Source: Ignavibacteria bacterium (GTDB taxonomy: Bacteria > Bacteroidota > Ignavibacteria > Kapaibacteriales > UBA4661). From it: a stretch of DNA of 64,000 nucleotides. Positions within the stretch are counted from its first letter, which is position 1, and each line of letters starts with the position of its first letter. Location of the stretch: assembly GCA_947459425.1 (NCBI GenBank), contig CANHDJ010000002.1, forward strand, positions 60,051-124,050, read 5' to 3'. The position numbers and the translations under genes are program-made. The notes beneath the pieces are model-generated. The model worked only from the letters and a program-made list of their open reading frames with translations. It was not told where the DNA came from and ran no database searches. Shown here one piece after another: positions 10,368-20,041 of this stretch.

Positions 10368-11501
10368 ATGAACAGACGCGATTTTTTCGCAACCACAGCG
10401 CTCGGCGGAGCGACATCAGTCCTTGCACCAACGGCGGGTTTCGTATTCCCAAGCGCCACGTTGAACGCGATTCCCTCCGCACGAATGAAATTGAGTTTTA
10501 AGCCCTTCACGCTAGAACTCAAGCACCCATTTGGTGTTTCGGTCAATACCCGCAGCACAACGCCGATTGTTCTGACGACAATAGAATACGGGAAGTTCAA
10601 GGGATACGGCGAAGCCTCCATGCCGCCATATCTGGGAGAATCGCAGGAAAGTGTGATGAAATTTCTTGCGAAAGTTGACCTCTCGAAGATTGAAAATCCT
10701 TTGGAACTGGAGACCATTTTAAGCGCTGTTGACGCGATTGAGCCGGGCAATACCGCCGCAAAAGCATCTGTTGACATTGCACTGCACGATTTGATGGGAA
10801 AAATCATGGGGCAGCCGCTTTACAATGTCTGGGGTTTTAACAAGGCAAAAACGCCCAATACGGTCTTTACCATTGGGATTGATACGCCGGAGATGGTGCG
10901 CAAAAAAGTTCAGGAAGTTGACCCGCAATTCAAACTCTTAAAAATTAAGTTGGGGCGCGATAACGACCGAGAAATTATCGAAGCCGTGCGCTCGGTCTCG
11001 GACAAACCGCTTGTCACCGACGCAAATCAAGGCTGGACCAACAAAGAACGCGCCTTAGAAACCATTCACTTCCTCAAGGAAAAAGGCGCAGTCTTGATTG
11101 AACAGCCCATGCCGAAAGAAATGGTGGATGAAAATGCGTGGATAACCGAGCGCAGCCCTATTCCTGTGATGGCGGATGAAGCAATCAAGCGCCTTCCCGA
11201 CCTTATCAAGATGAAAGGTGTCTATCACGGCGTGAACTTGAAATTGATGAAAACAACGGGATTGCGCGAGGCGCACAAAATGATAATTCTGGCGCGGGCT
11301 TTTGGTATGAAACTGATGATTGGCTGTATGACGGAGACTTCCTGCGGAATAACGGCGGCGGCTCATTTAACGCCAATGGTGGATTGGGCAGACCTTGATG
11401 GCGCACTTCTGAGCAAAAACGATGCTTTCAAAGGCTTGACGTTCGTGGATGGGAAAATTACGCTGCCTAATGCACCGGGAATAGGCGCTGTACCGCGTTA
11501 A
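10368..11501 (+). CDS. Dipeptide (L-Ala-D/L-Glu) epimerase, enolase superfamily, with Tat-like signal
   Basis: MNRRDFF; KIKLG, DANQGW, EQP, MADE, KLMK, GCMTE, DLDG motifs. Confidence 0.9.
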   Translation: MNRRDFFATTALGGATSVLAPTAGFVFPSATLNAIPSARMKLSFKPFTLELKHPFGVSVNTRSTTPIVLTTIEYGKFKGYGEASMPPYLGESQESVMKFLAKVDLSKIENPLELETILSAVDAIEPGNTAAKASVDIALHDLMGKIMGQPLYNVWGFNKAKTPNTVFTIGIDTPEMVRKKVQEVDPQFKLLKIKLGRDNDREIIEAVRSVSDKPLVTDANQGWTNKERALETIHFLKEKGAVLIEQPMPKEMVDENAWITERSPIPVMADEAIKRLPDLIKMKGVYHGVNLKLMKTTGLREAHKMIILARAFGMKLMIGCMTETSCGITAAAHLTPMVDWADLDGALLSKNDAFKGLTFVDGKITLPNAPGIGAVPR

Positions 11502-11540
11502 GGTGCGTTTGTAGGCTTGTAGAGCAATCTTGTACGCACT

Positions 11541-11966
11541 TCACCCTCTGCTGTCATTGATTTGATAGACAATCTTGCGAAGGGTGTCGTATTGCAAGTA
11601 GGGATAAAGATTTTGCAGGCGCTCAATAGCTTGGTGGGCGCTCAAATGCTGGCTTCGTAGATCTTTGAATGTTTTGCGAATATGCACATCGCGCAGAACT
11701 TTTTCATTGATAAGCCCCAGTTTCCGCAACGATTGATATTGGTCATCATTGATAATATCGCGGAGAATATTTTCACGCCCCAATGCCTCATGCCCGCCCA
11801 TGCTAACGGGAGACGGTGACTCAACACTACCGTTCGCATCGTACATCGTGGAATTATCGTTTGTTTCGGATGACGATTCCGATGACGTTTGGGTAGAGTC
11901 AACGGCAAATGCCAAATATTCTGCCTCATTGGTCGAGGATGCGTAATGCGCGTGAGATTGATTCAT
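11541..11966 (-). CDS. Hypothetical protein, low-complexity N-terminus and small helical C-terminal domain
   Basis: S/E/T-rich N-half, then LINEKVLRDVHIRKTF..YPYLQYDTLRKIVY; fills gap with no competing gene. Confidence 0.7.
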   Translation of the reverse strand: MNQSHAHYASSTNEAEYLAFAVDSTQTSSESSSETNDNSTMYDANGSVESPSPVSMGGHEALGRENILRDIINDDQYQSLRKLGLINEKVLRDVHIRKTFKDLRSQHLSAHQAIERLQNLYPYLQYDTLRKIVYQINDSRG

Positions 11967-12120
11967 GCAACAAATTCAAAAAATAAAACAAGCTTAGAAG
12001 TACACAATGGTGAACGTTTGCAAATGAAACAATACTGCCCATAAAAAAGTTCCGTTCAGGGCATAATTCCAGCCCAAAGAAACGCTTGCGCACTTTCAAA
12101 TATCCATCAACAACATCATC

Positions 12121-12684
12121 ATGGCTTTACGCTACGCAGGTCGTATTATTCGGACACTCGGCACGGGTGGTCAGGTTGTCGTCGGTGATTGTATTCCGCA
12201 TTTTCGGGGTTTTCCACAGGGTGCCGTGTTACAGGTCGGCTATTCATCGGCATTTGGCAAACCTTATACCGTACAGACCTCTTCTGAGCATGGTTCGGGG
12301 CAATATGCTGTGGCATTGCAAGGGCTTTCTTCGCCAGAAATGGCTTCCAAATTCAAGGAAATGGGCGTTTTCGCCGATGAAGAAATGCTTCGTGCTGCTA
12401 CCGAGACGCAATATTTTGACGATGAAATTGTCGGTTCGACGGTCACCAACCGCGATACAGGCGAGACGCTGGGCGTTATCAAAGAAATTTGGAGTACCCC
12501 TGCAAATGAAATTTGGGTGGTGGATTACAACGGGAAAGAACTTCCCATTCCGGTCATTAACGAAATTGTCAAGCACGTCAATATCAAGCGCAAACAGGTT
12601 GCCATCTTTGTTATGCCGGGGCTGCTGGAAATTGTGGACAATACGCCCAATGATGAGCGAGACGACGATGAAGACGACGAATAG
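12121..12684 (+). CDS. rimM: Ribosome maturation factor RimM
   Basis: GRIIRTLGTGG N-domain; PRC barrel LGVIKEIWSTPANEIWVV..ELPIP. Confidence 0.85.
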   Translation: MALRYAGRIIRTLGTGGQVVVGDCIPHFRGFPQGAVLQVGYSSAFGKPYTVQTSSEHGSGQYAVALQGLSSPEMASKFKEMGVFADEEMLRAATETQYFDDEIVGSTVTNRDTGETLGVIKEIWSTPANEIWVVDYNGKELPIPVINEIVKHVNIKRKQVAIFVMPGLLEIVDNTPNDERDDDEDDE

Positions 12685-12843
12685 TGCATCAAAGCGCCGC
12701 GTTCTGGTACTGCGGAGAACGCCAAAAAGCATTCAAAACCTCGCGTTACAAAAACAGAATAGTATAATCTTGAGAAGATTTGTATTTTCGCCCCAGACTA
12801 ATCCGACACATTTTCCCCTTTTCACTTCCAACAACGGTACAGA

Positions 12844-13725
12844 ATGATTACCAGCATGACAGGCTTCGGCACAGGCGAAGCAACCTCAAACGGCATCAGT
12901 GTTAGCGTAGAAGCACGGAGTTTGAACAGCCGATTTTTAGAGATTTTCTCCAATCTTCCCAAAAAATTCTATTTCAAAGATTTTGAAATGCGCGAGATTG
13001 TCAAAGGCAAACTCTCGCGTGGCAAAGTCAATATCGCTATTTCCATCGAATACGGACCCGGCGCAGAGAGTACGCCCGTCAAAGCAAATCTTGACCTCGC
13101 CGAAGCCTATTACAACGAACTTCAAGAGATTCGTAAACGTCTTAAAATCAAGGATGCCGTGCGCCTTGAGGATATTGCCCGCTTTACCGACATTTTCAAA
13201 AGCAATGATTCCGACGATAGTGCGGAAAAAGAGTGGCAGTTGGTTGTACAGGCGCTTACAATGGCTCTCGACAAATTAAACGGTATGCGCCAGCAAGAAG
13301 GACGTGAACTCAGCCGCGATTTGCATAGTGTGATGAGTAATATCGAAAAAAGCGTGGAGAAAATTGAGAAACTTGCCCAAGAGCGCCTTCCTCTTGAGCG
13401 CCAGCGTTTGCGTGAAAAAGTTGCTAAAATTTTTGAAAGCGACGAAATTGATATGCAGCGTTTGGAAATGGAAATTGTGCTTCTTGCCGATAAATACGAC
13501 ATTTCCGAAGAGTGTGTGCGGATGCGCAGCCACATCAAATTTTTCTATGAAGCGCTCAAAGACAAAGACCAAGCCGGACGCAAAATCAATTTTCTTTTGC
13601 AAGAAATGAACCGTGAAGTCAACACGATGGGTTCAAAGGCAAACGATGCCGCGCTTGCGCAGGTGGTCGTCGGCGCAAAGGAAGATTTAGAGCGCCTCCG
13701 CGAGCAGATTCAGAATGTAGAGTAA
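12844..13725 (+). CDS. yicC: YicC/YloC family endoribonuclease
   Basis: MITSMTGFG, SLNSRFLE, LSRGKV, DISEE, GRKINFLLQEMNREVNTMGSK. Confidence 0.95.
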   Translation: MITSMTGFGTGEATSNGISVSVEARSLNSRFLEIFSNLPKKFYFKDFEMREIVKGKLSRGKVNIAISIEYGPGAESTPVKANLDLAEAYYNELQEIRKRLKIKDAVRLEDIARFTDIFKSNDSDDSAEKEWQLVVQALTMALDKLNGMRQQEGRELSRDLHSVMSNIEKSVEKIEKLAQERLPLERQRLREKVAKIFESDEIDMQRLEMEIVLLADKYDISEECVRMRSHIKFFYEALKDKDQAGRKINFLLQEMNREVNTMGSKANDAALAQVVVGAKEDLERLREQIQNVE

Positions 13726-13774
13726 TTGTGAAACCCGAACCCCCCGCTTCTTTCACCATATTATTCTCGAAGTG

Positions 13775-14257
13775 ATGCGCAAAGCAATTTATCCCGGCAC
13801 ATTCGACCCAATCACCAACGGACACTTGGACGTATTGGAGCGGGCGCTGACAATGTTTGACGAAATTCGCATTGTCGTTGCCAAAAATTCTGCTAAAAAT
13901 CCGATGTTCTCCGAGGACGAGCGTTTGGCGATGATACGGGAAACCGTGCGGCGTTTCCCGAATGTATCGGCGGAATCATTTCAGGGTTTAACCGTTGACT
14001 ATGCGCGTAATTACGGCGCAGTGGCGATTATACGCGGTTTGCGGGCAGTAAGCGATTTCGAGTACGAGTTTCAAATTGCTCTGATGAACCGAAAAATCGC
14101 CCCTTCCATCACGACCACCTTTTTGATGCCGCACGAGAAATACACATATCTCAATTCGTCGATCATTCGAGAATTAGCGCGGCATGGGCAAAGCGTAAGC
14201 GGTTTTGTCCCGGAAAACGTTGCCAGTGCGCTCGAAGAGAAATATCCATTGCGATAA
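13775..14257 (+). CDS. coaD: Pantetheine-phosphate adenylyltransferase
   Basis: YPGTFDPITNGHLD, RGLRAVSDFEYE, SSSIIRE-like motif. Confidence 0.97.
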   Translation: MRKAIYPGTFDPITNGHLDVLERALTMFDEIRIVVAKNSAKNPMFSEDERLAMIRETVRRFPNVSAESFQGLTVDYARNYGAVAIIRGLRAVSDFEYEFQIALMNRKIAPSITTTFLMPHEKYTYLNSSIIRELARHGQSVSGFVPENVASALEEKYPLR

Positions 14258-14281
14258 AAAGTGGATTGTTTGCAAAAAAGA

Positions 14282-14313
14282 TTTGCATCAAAAAATAAAA
14301 ACCAGTATATTTG
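14282..14313 (+). promoter_or_regulatory. Bacteroidota-type sigma70 promoter (-33 TTTG / -7 TAnnTTTG) for tRNA-Gln-prs-rplY
   Basis: TTTG 14282-14285, 20-nt spacer, TATATTTG 14306-14313. Confidence 0.75.
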
Positions 14314-14368
14314 CAGTCTCTTTTCGCAAATTTTATACATTCAATGTATAAAGGCTAGACAGCGAAAC

Positions 14369-14440
14369 TGGGGCGTCGCCAAGCGGCAAGGCAGCGGTTT
14401 TTGGTTCCGCCATCCGTTGGTTCGAATCCAGCCGCCCCAG
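14369..14440 (+). tRNA. tRNA-Gln(TTG)
   Basis: Acceptor TGGGGCG/CGCCCCA, anticodon loop TT-TTG-GT, T-loop GGTTCGAATCC; CCA not encoded. Confidence 0.95.
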
Positions 14441-14615
14441 CTTGCAGTATATCTTACTGCTCAGTGTTCTTCAAGTGTTTTTTCGACGCACACTGTTAAT
14501 TACGTCCAAGCGCTTTACGCGGCTCTGTATCTGCGAGAAGCGCTTGTTTTTTTATAGTGGTGTGTGGTCGTACTGGCGCTTTGCTTCAGCACGTTGCTTT
14601 TCTCACCCTACGACT

Positions 14616-15638
14616 ATGCCGAAAAAGAATAAACTGAAAATAAAACCCAACTTCCGACTTGCTGCCGGACGCTCCAACATGGATCTCTCGCGCAGTATCG
14701 CCAAGGCTATCGAAAAGAAAGCTACGGATAATAAGTCTAATATTAACTGCACCGAGCAGTTAGAAAAGACCGTTATTCGTAATTTTAGCGATGGTGAAAT
14801 TTGGGTAAAATATGAAGACAGTATTCGCGGTGGGGATTTGTTTATCATCCAATCCACACACGCTCCGGGTGATAATCTGGTTGAACTGCTAATGCTGATT
14901 GATGCTGCACGTCGCGCTTCGACAGACCGCATTACCGCCGTGATTCCGTATTTCGGCTATGCCCGCCAAGACCGCAAAGACCAGCCCCGCGTCTCTATTA
15001 CGGCAAAATTGATGGCGAATCTGCTCGTAGAGGCTGGCGCAGACCACATTATTACGATGGATCTGCACGTCCCGCAAATTCAAGGCTTCTTTGATATTCC
15101 GCTCGACCACTTGTATGCTTCGACGGTGCTGGTAAAAAAACTGCGTAGTTTGGATTTACCAAATTTGGTTGTTGCCTCACCCGATGTCGGTGGCGCAAAG
15201 ACCGCCCGTGCTTACGCAAAGCGCCTGAATGCTGGTCTGATTCTGATTGACAAACGCCGTCCTGCGCATAATGTTAGCGAAGTATTCAACATCATCGGCG
15301 ATCCAAAGGGCAAAAATATCATCATCATTGATGATTTGATTGATACTGGCGGCACATTTGTTGCTTGCGCACGGGCGCTGAAGGATGCTGGGGCGGAGCA
15401 GATATTTGGTGCTTGCACCCATCCGGTATTTTCCGGGCAGGCATTGGAGAAGATTGAAAAAAGTGTTGTGTCGAAACTCTTCGTGACCGATACAATTTTT
15501 TCAACCAACCCAATGTTCGAGCAGAGTTCCAAAATTGTCGTCCAGTCCGTAGCAGACCTTTTTGCAGATGCTATTTTGCGGACGCACAATAACGAATCAA
15601 TCACATCGCTTTTCGATACAGATTTGATTCCGACATAA
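14616..15638 (+). CDS. prs: Ribose-phosphate pyrophosphokinase
   Basis: FSDGEI, PYFGYARQDRK, SPDVGG, DDLIDTGGT; ATG 14616 chosen, ORF-track extension is non-coding. Confidence 0.97.
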   Translation: MPKKNKLKIKPNFRLAAGRSNMDLSRSIAKAIEKKATDNKSNINCTEQLEKTVIRNFSDGEIWVKYEDSIRGGDLFIIQSTHAPGDNLVELLMLIDAARRASTDRITAVIPYFGYARQDRKDQPRVSITAKLMANLLVEAGADHIITMDLHVPQIQGFFDIPLDHLYASTVLVKKLRSLDLPNLVVASPDVGGAKTARAYAKRLNAGLILIDKRRPAHNVSEVFNIIGDPKGKNIIIIDDLIDTGGTFVACARALKDAGAEQIFGACTHPVFSGQALEKIEKSVVSKLFVTDTIFSTNPMFEQSSKIVVQSVADLFADAILRTHNNESITSLFDTDLIPT

Positions 15639-15692
15639 CAACGCACTATTCAATACAACCTTGTTTCATTTGTTCAATCTGGAGTATTCATA

Positions 15693-16283
15693 ATGAGCGC
15701 TATCACACTCGAAGCAAAAAAGCGCGAACTCGGCAAAAAGGCATCGAAAGCCGTTCGTAACTCAGGTCATATTCCTGGCGTGTATTATGCAAAAGGCAAA
15801 GAGCCAATCGCTATTGCAACAACATTTAAGCAAATCCGTCCGGCTGTCTATACTTCCGATACGCACATTATCACCCTCAAGGTTGAAGGTGCTGGCGTGA
15901 TGGATTGCGTTTTGAAAGATGTCGAATTTGACCCCGTAACAGAAGAAATCGTCCATTTCGACCTTCTCGGTATTATCGAAGGTCAAACCTTGCACGTGGA
16001 AGTACCTATTGTGCTCAAAGGCGTTTCCAAAGGCGTTACTATCGCTGGTGGTATTTTGGAACATTTGATGCACAGAATACAGATTGAGTGCTTGCCCGCA
16101 TCGTTACCGGAGCATATTGATGTCGATATTTCCGGGCTTGAAGTTGGTAAATCCATCCACGTTGGCGATTTGAAAGTACCGGGCGTGAAATTCATGGTCA
16201 ACCCAACAGCCAGCATCGTTGCTATCCACCCTAAGCGCGGCAAAGATGATGCTGCAACGGCAACCCCGGGGGCAAAAGCATAA
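15693..16283 (+). CDS. rplY: 50S ribosomal protein L25 / CTC
   Basis: RNSGHIPGVYY, HFDL, VEVPIVLKG, LPEHIDVDISGLEVGKSIHVGDL; GGAG upstream. Confidence 0.96.
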   Translation: MSAITLEAKKRELGKKASKAVRNSGHIPGVYYAKGKEPIAIATTFKQIRPAVYTSDTHIITLKVEGAGVMDCVLKDVEFDPVTEEIVHFDLLGIIEGQTLHVEVPIVLKGVSKGVTIAGGILEHLMHRIQIECLPASLPEHIDVDISGLEVGKSIHVGDLKVPGVKFMVNPTASIVAIHPKRGKDDAATATPGAKA

Positions 16284-16308
16284 CATTTCGCTATATTTGC
16301 AGAACAGT

Positions 16309-16345
16309 AAAAGCGCGGTATTCCTTGGGAATAGTGCGCTTTTTT
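16309..16345 (+). terminator. Intrinsic terminator after rplY
   Basis: AAAAGCGC..TATTCC-TTG-GGAATA..GCGC followed by T run. Confidence 0.75.
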
Positions 16346-16413
16346 GTTGACAAATACATCATAATTTGTTGATTCCTGAACATCGCAATCATTTATCTAA
16401 GAAACGAGGAAAT

Positions 16414-17703
16414 ATGCGACTTTATACGGGTTTTGTGGTTCACCCGCTTGAGACAGGGCGACTTGAATATTTCCCCGATGGGGCGCTTGTGGTGAGCGAT
16501 TTCGGGCAAATTATCTTTATGGGAACACGGGCAGAGGCACTGAGTGAGTATGAAAACATCCCTGAAGAACGCTATGAGAATGCCGTTATTCTGCCGGGAC
16601 TCGTTGATACGCACGTTCATCTGCCGCAATATCAAGCGGCGGCTGTTGGAACGGGGGAGCTGCTTGATTGGCTCAATACCTACATTTTCCCACTCGAAGC
16701 CCGCTTTGCCGATGAAGAATATGCTCATATTCACGCCCAGCGCTTTTTCCATGATGCTGTGCGGCTTGGAACAACAACAATGTCGGTCTATTGTTCTTCC
16801 CACCGCCCGGCGACCGATATCGCCTTTGAAGCCGCTTTCCATGCAGGTTTGCGAGTGTGCATGGGCAAAACCATGATGGATTTTGGTGCGCCGGAGAATA
16901 TTCTGCACTCGGTATCGGACAATATTGCCGACAGTCTTGCGCTGGCGAAAGCGTGGCACGGCGCGGGCAATGGTCGTTTGCACTATACGCTCACGCCGCG
17001 CTTTGCCGGAAGCTGCTCCCGCGACTTGCTCAAAAAAACTGGCGAAATTGCTCGGGCAGAAGGTCTGCGGATTCAAACACACCTTTCGGAGAACCCTGCG
17101 GAATTGCGCTATATCACTGAGTTATTCCCCGAACACGCCTCCTATACTGATGTTTACCATGCCTACGGCTTGCTCACGGAGCGCACCATCATGGCACATT
17201 CCATTTATCTCAGCCCGCAAGAAAAGTCGCTTTTGAAAGCCCACAACTGCTCTATCGCGCATTGCCCCTGCTCGAATCGTTTTTTACAGAGCGGCGTGAT
17301 GGCGCTCAGGCAAATGCTGGGCGAAGGCTTCCGTATTGGCTTGGGAACGGATATTGCGGGCGGCTCTTCGCTGTCAATGTTCAATGAAGCAAAAGAAGCA
17401 GCAGAAAGCTCAAAAACATGGAATATTCTTCATCGTGGCGAAGAAACGCCCGCTATCACGGCAGAAGAATCGCTCTGGCTGGCAACGCTCGGTGGCGCTC
17501 AGGCGCTTGGATTAGCCGATACGATTGGCAATTTCGCTATTGGCAAAGATGCTGATTTTATCGTTTGCCGAATGGAGGAAATTTTACCGAAAAGTAGCGT
17601 ATTTGCTTCTCCCGCGAACATGATTGCCCGTCTGGTCTATGGTGCGCATCCCCACATCATAGAGAAAACGGTTGTTCAGGGACAGACGGTCTATAAACGA
17701 TAA
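16414..17703 (+). CDS. guaD: Guanine deaminase
   Basis: PGLVDTHVHLPQY, TPRFAGSC, QTHLSEN, HCPCSN, LGTDIAGG. Confidence 0.93.
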   Translation: MRLYTGFVVHPLETGRLEYFPDGALVVSDFGQIIFMGTRAEALSEYENIPEERYENAVILPGLVDTHVHLPQYQAAAVGTGELLDWLNTYIFPLEARFADEEYAHIHAQRFFHDAVRLGTTTMSVYCSSHRPATDIAFEAAFHAGLRVCMGKTMMDFGAPENILHSVSDNIADSLALAKAWHGAGNGRLHYTLTPRFAGSCSRDLLKKTGEIARAEGLRIQTHLSENPAELRYITELFPEHASYTDVYHAYGLLTERTIMAHSIYLSPQEKSLLKAHNCSIAHCPCSNRFLQSGVMALRQMLGEGFRIGLGTDIAGGSSLSMFNEAKEAAESSKTWNILHRGEETPAITAEESLWLATLGGAQALGLADTIGNFAIGKDADFIVCRMEEILPKSSVFASPANMIARLVYGAHPHIIEKTVVQGQTVYKR

Positions 17704-17829
17704 ATTCTCGGTCATCAAATAGAAGAATTAGAGGACTTGCTTGCCAATGCTCATTTTCACTTGCATCCCACGCTTTATCGGCGTATTTTGAGGGAATGTA
17801 GCGAAAAAGAATCTGCTTTCTTACCCTAG
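17704..17829 (+). pseudogene. Possible C-terminal fragment of a DUF3368-like (PIN-associated) gene
   Basis: 41 start-less codons after guaD stop: IEELEDLLANAHFHLHPTLYRRILRECSE, resembling the DUF3368 C-terminal pattern (recalled, unverified). Confidence 0.3.
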
Positions 17830-17845
17830 CCGAACAACAATCATT

Positions 17846-19741
17846 ATGAGTACCAATCCGGCGCAAACCGCGCCAAATCACGCCCCAAACGGAAAAACCT
17901 CTTCCAACGGCTCCGCAACACACTCGTCTGCATCGTCCAACGGAAAACCATCCTCCCCAAAAACCAAAACTACCGACCCAAACGATGACACGATGTCGAA
18001 GGGCATAGATAGTAGCTTGCTTCGGCGGCTTTTGGAATTTCTTCGACCGCACCGCACGGCAGTTCTGGGGGTGCTTGCACTGACTATCATTGTTGCAGGT
18101 ATTGGTCCGGTGCGCCCGAAACTGAGCCAATATGCTGTTGATAACTACATTATCTCCAAAGACCAAAATGGTTTATACGGAATTATCCTGCTTATCATGG
18201 CGTTGCTGATTGTGCAGGGCGTTTTGCAATACACGCTCACCAAACTGATGCAGCGTATTGGGCAAACCACCATTTTGGATGTGCGGATGCGCCTCTTTCG
18301 GCGATTACAAGAAATTTCGATGCGCTATTACGACACCACGCCGATAGGACGCTTGGTGACGCGGGTGACGAATGATGTGGAAGTGCTGAATGAGGTGTTT
18401 TCATCGGGCTTGGTGATGATGGTGGCGAATATTTTCATGATTTTTTGGATTATCGTGATGATGTTCTACACCAACTGGCAACTTGCTCTTGCGACCATTG
18501 GCGTTGTGCCGATATTGATTTATGGAACAAATATCTTCCGCAAAGCCGTCCGCCGCGAATACCGCGAAATTCGCAAACAAGTTGCTCGTATGAATGCTTT
18601 TCTGAACGAGTATATTTCGGGAATGAATATTATTCAGTTGTTCTCTCAAGAAGAGCGCCAGCGCAAGGAGTTCGACGACATCAATGCCGCTCACACCGAG
18701 GCGCACGTGCGCTCTGTGTTCTACTACGCCGTCTTTTTTCCCTTTGTGGAAATGATGAGTACCATATCGCTGGCGATTGTGATTTGGTACGCCGCAGGGC
18801 ATATTTTGCAAGGAACAATGACGGTCGGTGAGGTGATTGCTTTTTCGATGTTTGGCGAAATGTTCTTCCGCCCCATTCGTGAACTTTCCGACAAATACAA
18901 TACGCTCCAAAGCGCGATGGCTTCATCAGAGCGTATTTTCCAACTTCTTGATGATGAATCCTTTGTCCGCGATAATCCGAATGCAGTGGAGATGCCGACG
19001 TTACAGAATGCCGTTGAATTTCGTGACGTGACCTTCAGCTACGATGGCACAAAAAACGTGCTGTGCGATGTGTCCTTCACGGTGAAAAAAGGACAAACGC
19101 TCGCCATTGTCGGCGCAACAGGTGCCGGAAAATCATCGTTGATGAATCTTCTGACGCGCTTTTATGAATTTCAGGGCGGAGATATTGTGATTGACGGTCG
19201 GAGCATCCGAGACGTTCAGCAAATATCCTTGCGAAAGCGCATGGCTATTGTGTTGCAGGATGTCTTTCTCTTTTCGCGCTCTGTCGCTGAAAATATTGCG
19301 TTAGGCAATGAGGCAATCTCCCGTGCAAGTGTTTATGCGGCTGCTGAGGCTGTCGGTGCTTCAGAATTTATCGAAAAACTGCCCGAAGGCTACGATACGC
19401 AAGTCATGGAACGCGGCGCAACACTTTCGGTGGGGCAAAAGCAGCTTATTTCCTTCGCTCGGGCGCTTGCAGCTAATCCCGATATTTTAATTTTGGACGA
19501 AGCGACTTCCAGCGTTGATACGGCAACGGAGCAGCAAATCGAGCTAGCAATTCAAACCCTGCTCAAAGGGCGTACTTCCATCGTTATTGCTCACCGTCTC
19601 TCGACGATTCAACGCGCAGATACCATCATCGTGCTGCATAATGGTAAAGTCCATGAAAGCGGCAACCATCAAGAACTTCTGGCGAAAAATGGACTCTATG
19701 CGAAACTCTATCGCTTGCAGTACAAAGAGCAGTTGGTGTGA
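17846..19741 (+). CDS. ABC exporter, fused permease/ATPase (MsbA/MdlB-like)
   Basis: Six-TM domain, GATGAGKS, LSVGQKQ, ILILDEATS; disordered N-terminal extension. Confidence 0.95.
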   Translation: MSTNPAQTAPNHAPNGKTSSNGSATHSSASSNGKPSSPKTKTTDPNDDTMSKGIDSSLLRRLLEFLRPHRTAVLGVLALTIIVAGIGPVRPKLSQYAVDNYIISKDQNGLYGIILLIMALLIVQGVLQYTLTKLMQRIGQTTILDVRMRLFRRLQEISMRYYDTTPIGRLVTRVTNDVEVLNEVFSSGLVMMVANIFMIFWIIVMMFYTNWQLALATIGVVPILIYGTNIFRKAVRREYREIRKQVARMNAFLNEYISGMNIIQLFSQEERQRKEFDDINAAHTEAHVRSVFYYAVFFPFVEMMSTISLAIVIWYAAGHILQGTMTVGEVIAFSMFGEMFFRPIRELSDKYNTLQSAMASSERIFQLLDDESFVRDNPNAVEMPTLQNAVEFRDVTFSYDGTKNVLCDVSFTVKKGQTLAIVGATGAGKSSLMNLLTRFYEFQGGDIVIDGRSIRDVQQISLRKRMAIVLQDVFLFSRSVAENIALGNEAISRASVYAAAEAVGASEFIEKLPEGYDTQVMERGATLSVGQKQLISFARALAANPDILILDEATSSVDTATEQQIELAIQTLLKGRTSIVIAHRLSTIQRADTIIVLHNGKVHESGNHQELLAKNGLYAKLYRLQYKEQLV

Positions 19742-19790
19742 GGTCTCGGATAGATGATGTACAAACAACACTTCAATATTTCTCCACGTT

Positions 19791-20006
19791 ATGTCCCCTG
19801 TACGTCTTTTTCTTATTTTGATAGTCATTGCTGTTGGCACGATTGGTTTTGTGCTGATGACCAAAGAACGTCTTCAAGTCAAGCAAGATATGAAGACACG
19901 GCGGCGAGATTATATGCAGCGCATGATTGATTCGACGCGCACTGCACGAGATTTGTACAAAGACTCTGTGCGGCGCGTAGAATATGGGCTTCCGCCACAA
20001 AAATAA
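19791..20006 (+). CDS. Small single-TM hypothetical protein
   Basis: N-terminal TM helix and basic helical tail; collinear with pspA-terD cluster. Confidence 0.55.
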   Translation: MSPVRLFLILIVIAVGTIGFVLMTKERLQVKQDMKTRRRDYMQRMIDSTRTARDLYKDSVRRVEYGLPPQK

Positions 20007-20041
20007 ACGTCTCTTGATCGCTTATTCACCAGAATTTTGCT

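Noticed and set aside
10368-10430. Tat signal on the dipeptide epimerase as a novelty
   Set aside because: Exported forms of this enzyme are, as I recall, common in Bacteroidota-related genomes.
9962-10807. 281-aa minus-strand ORF
   Set aside because: Antisense shadow of ltaE and the epimerase; no motifs.
14442-14615. 58-residue N-terminal extension of Prs in the ORF track
   Set aside because: Starts directly after tRNA-Gln at TTG and has non-protein-like composition; ATG 14616 is more plausible.
16292-16299. TATATTTG as a promoter for guaD
   Set aside because: No TTTG 20 nt upstream and it precedes the rplY terminator.
17701-17829. Programmed stop-codon readthrough of guaD
   Set aside because: The stop is TAA with no readthrough context, and GuaD is already complete.
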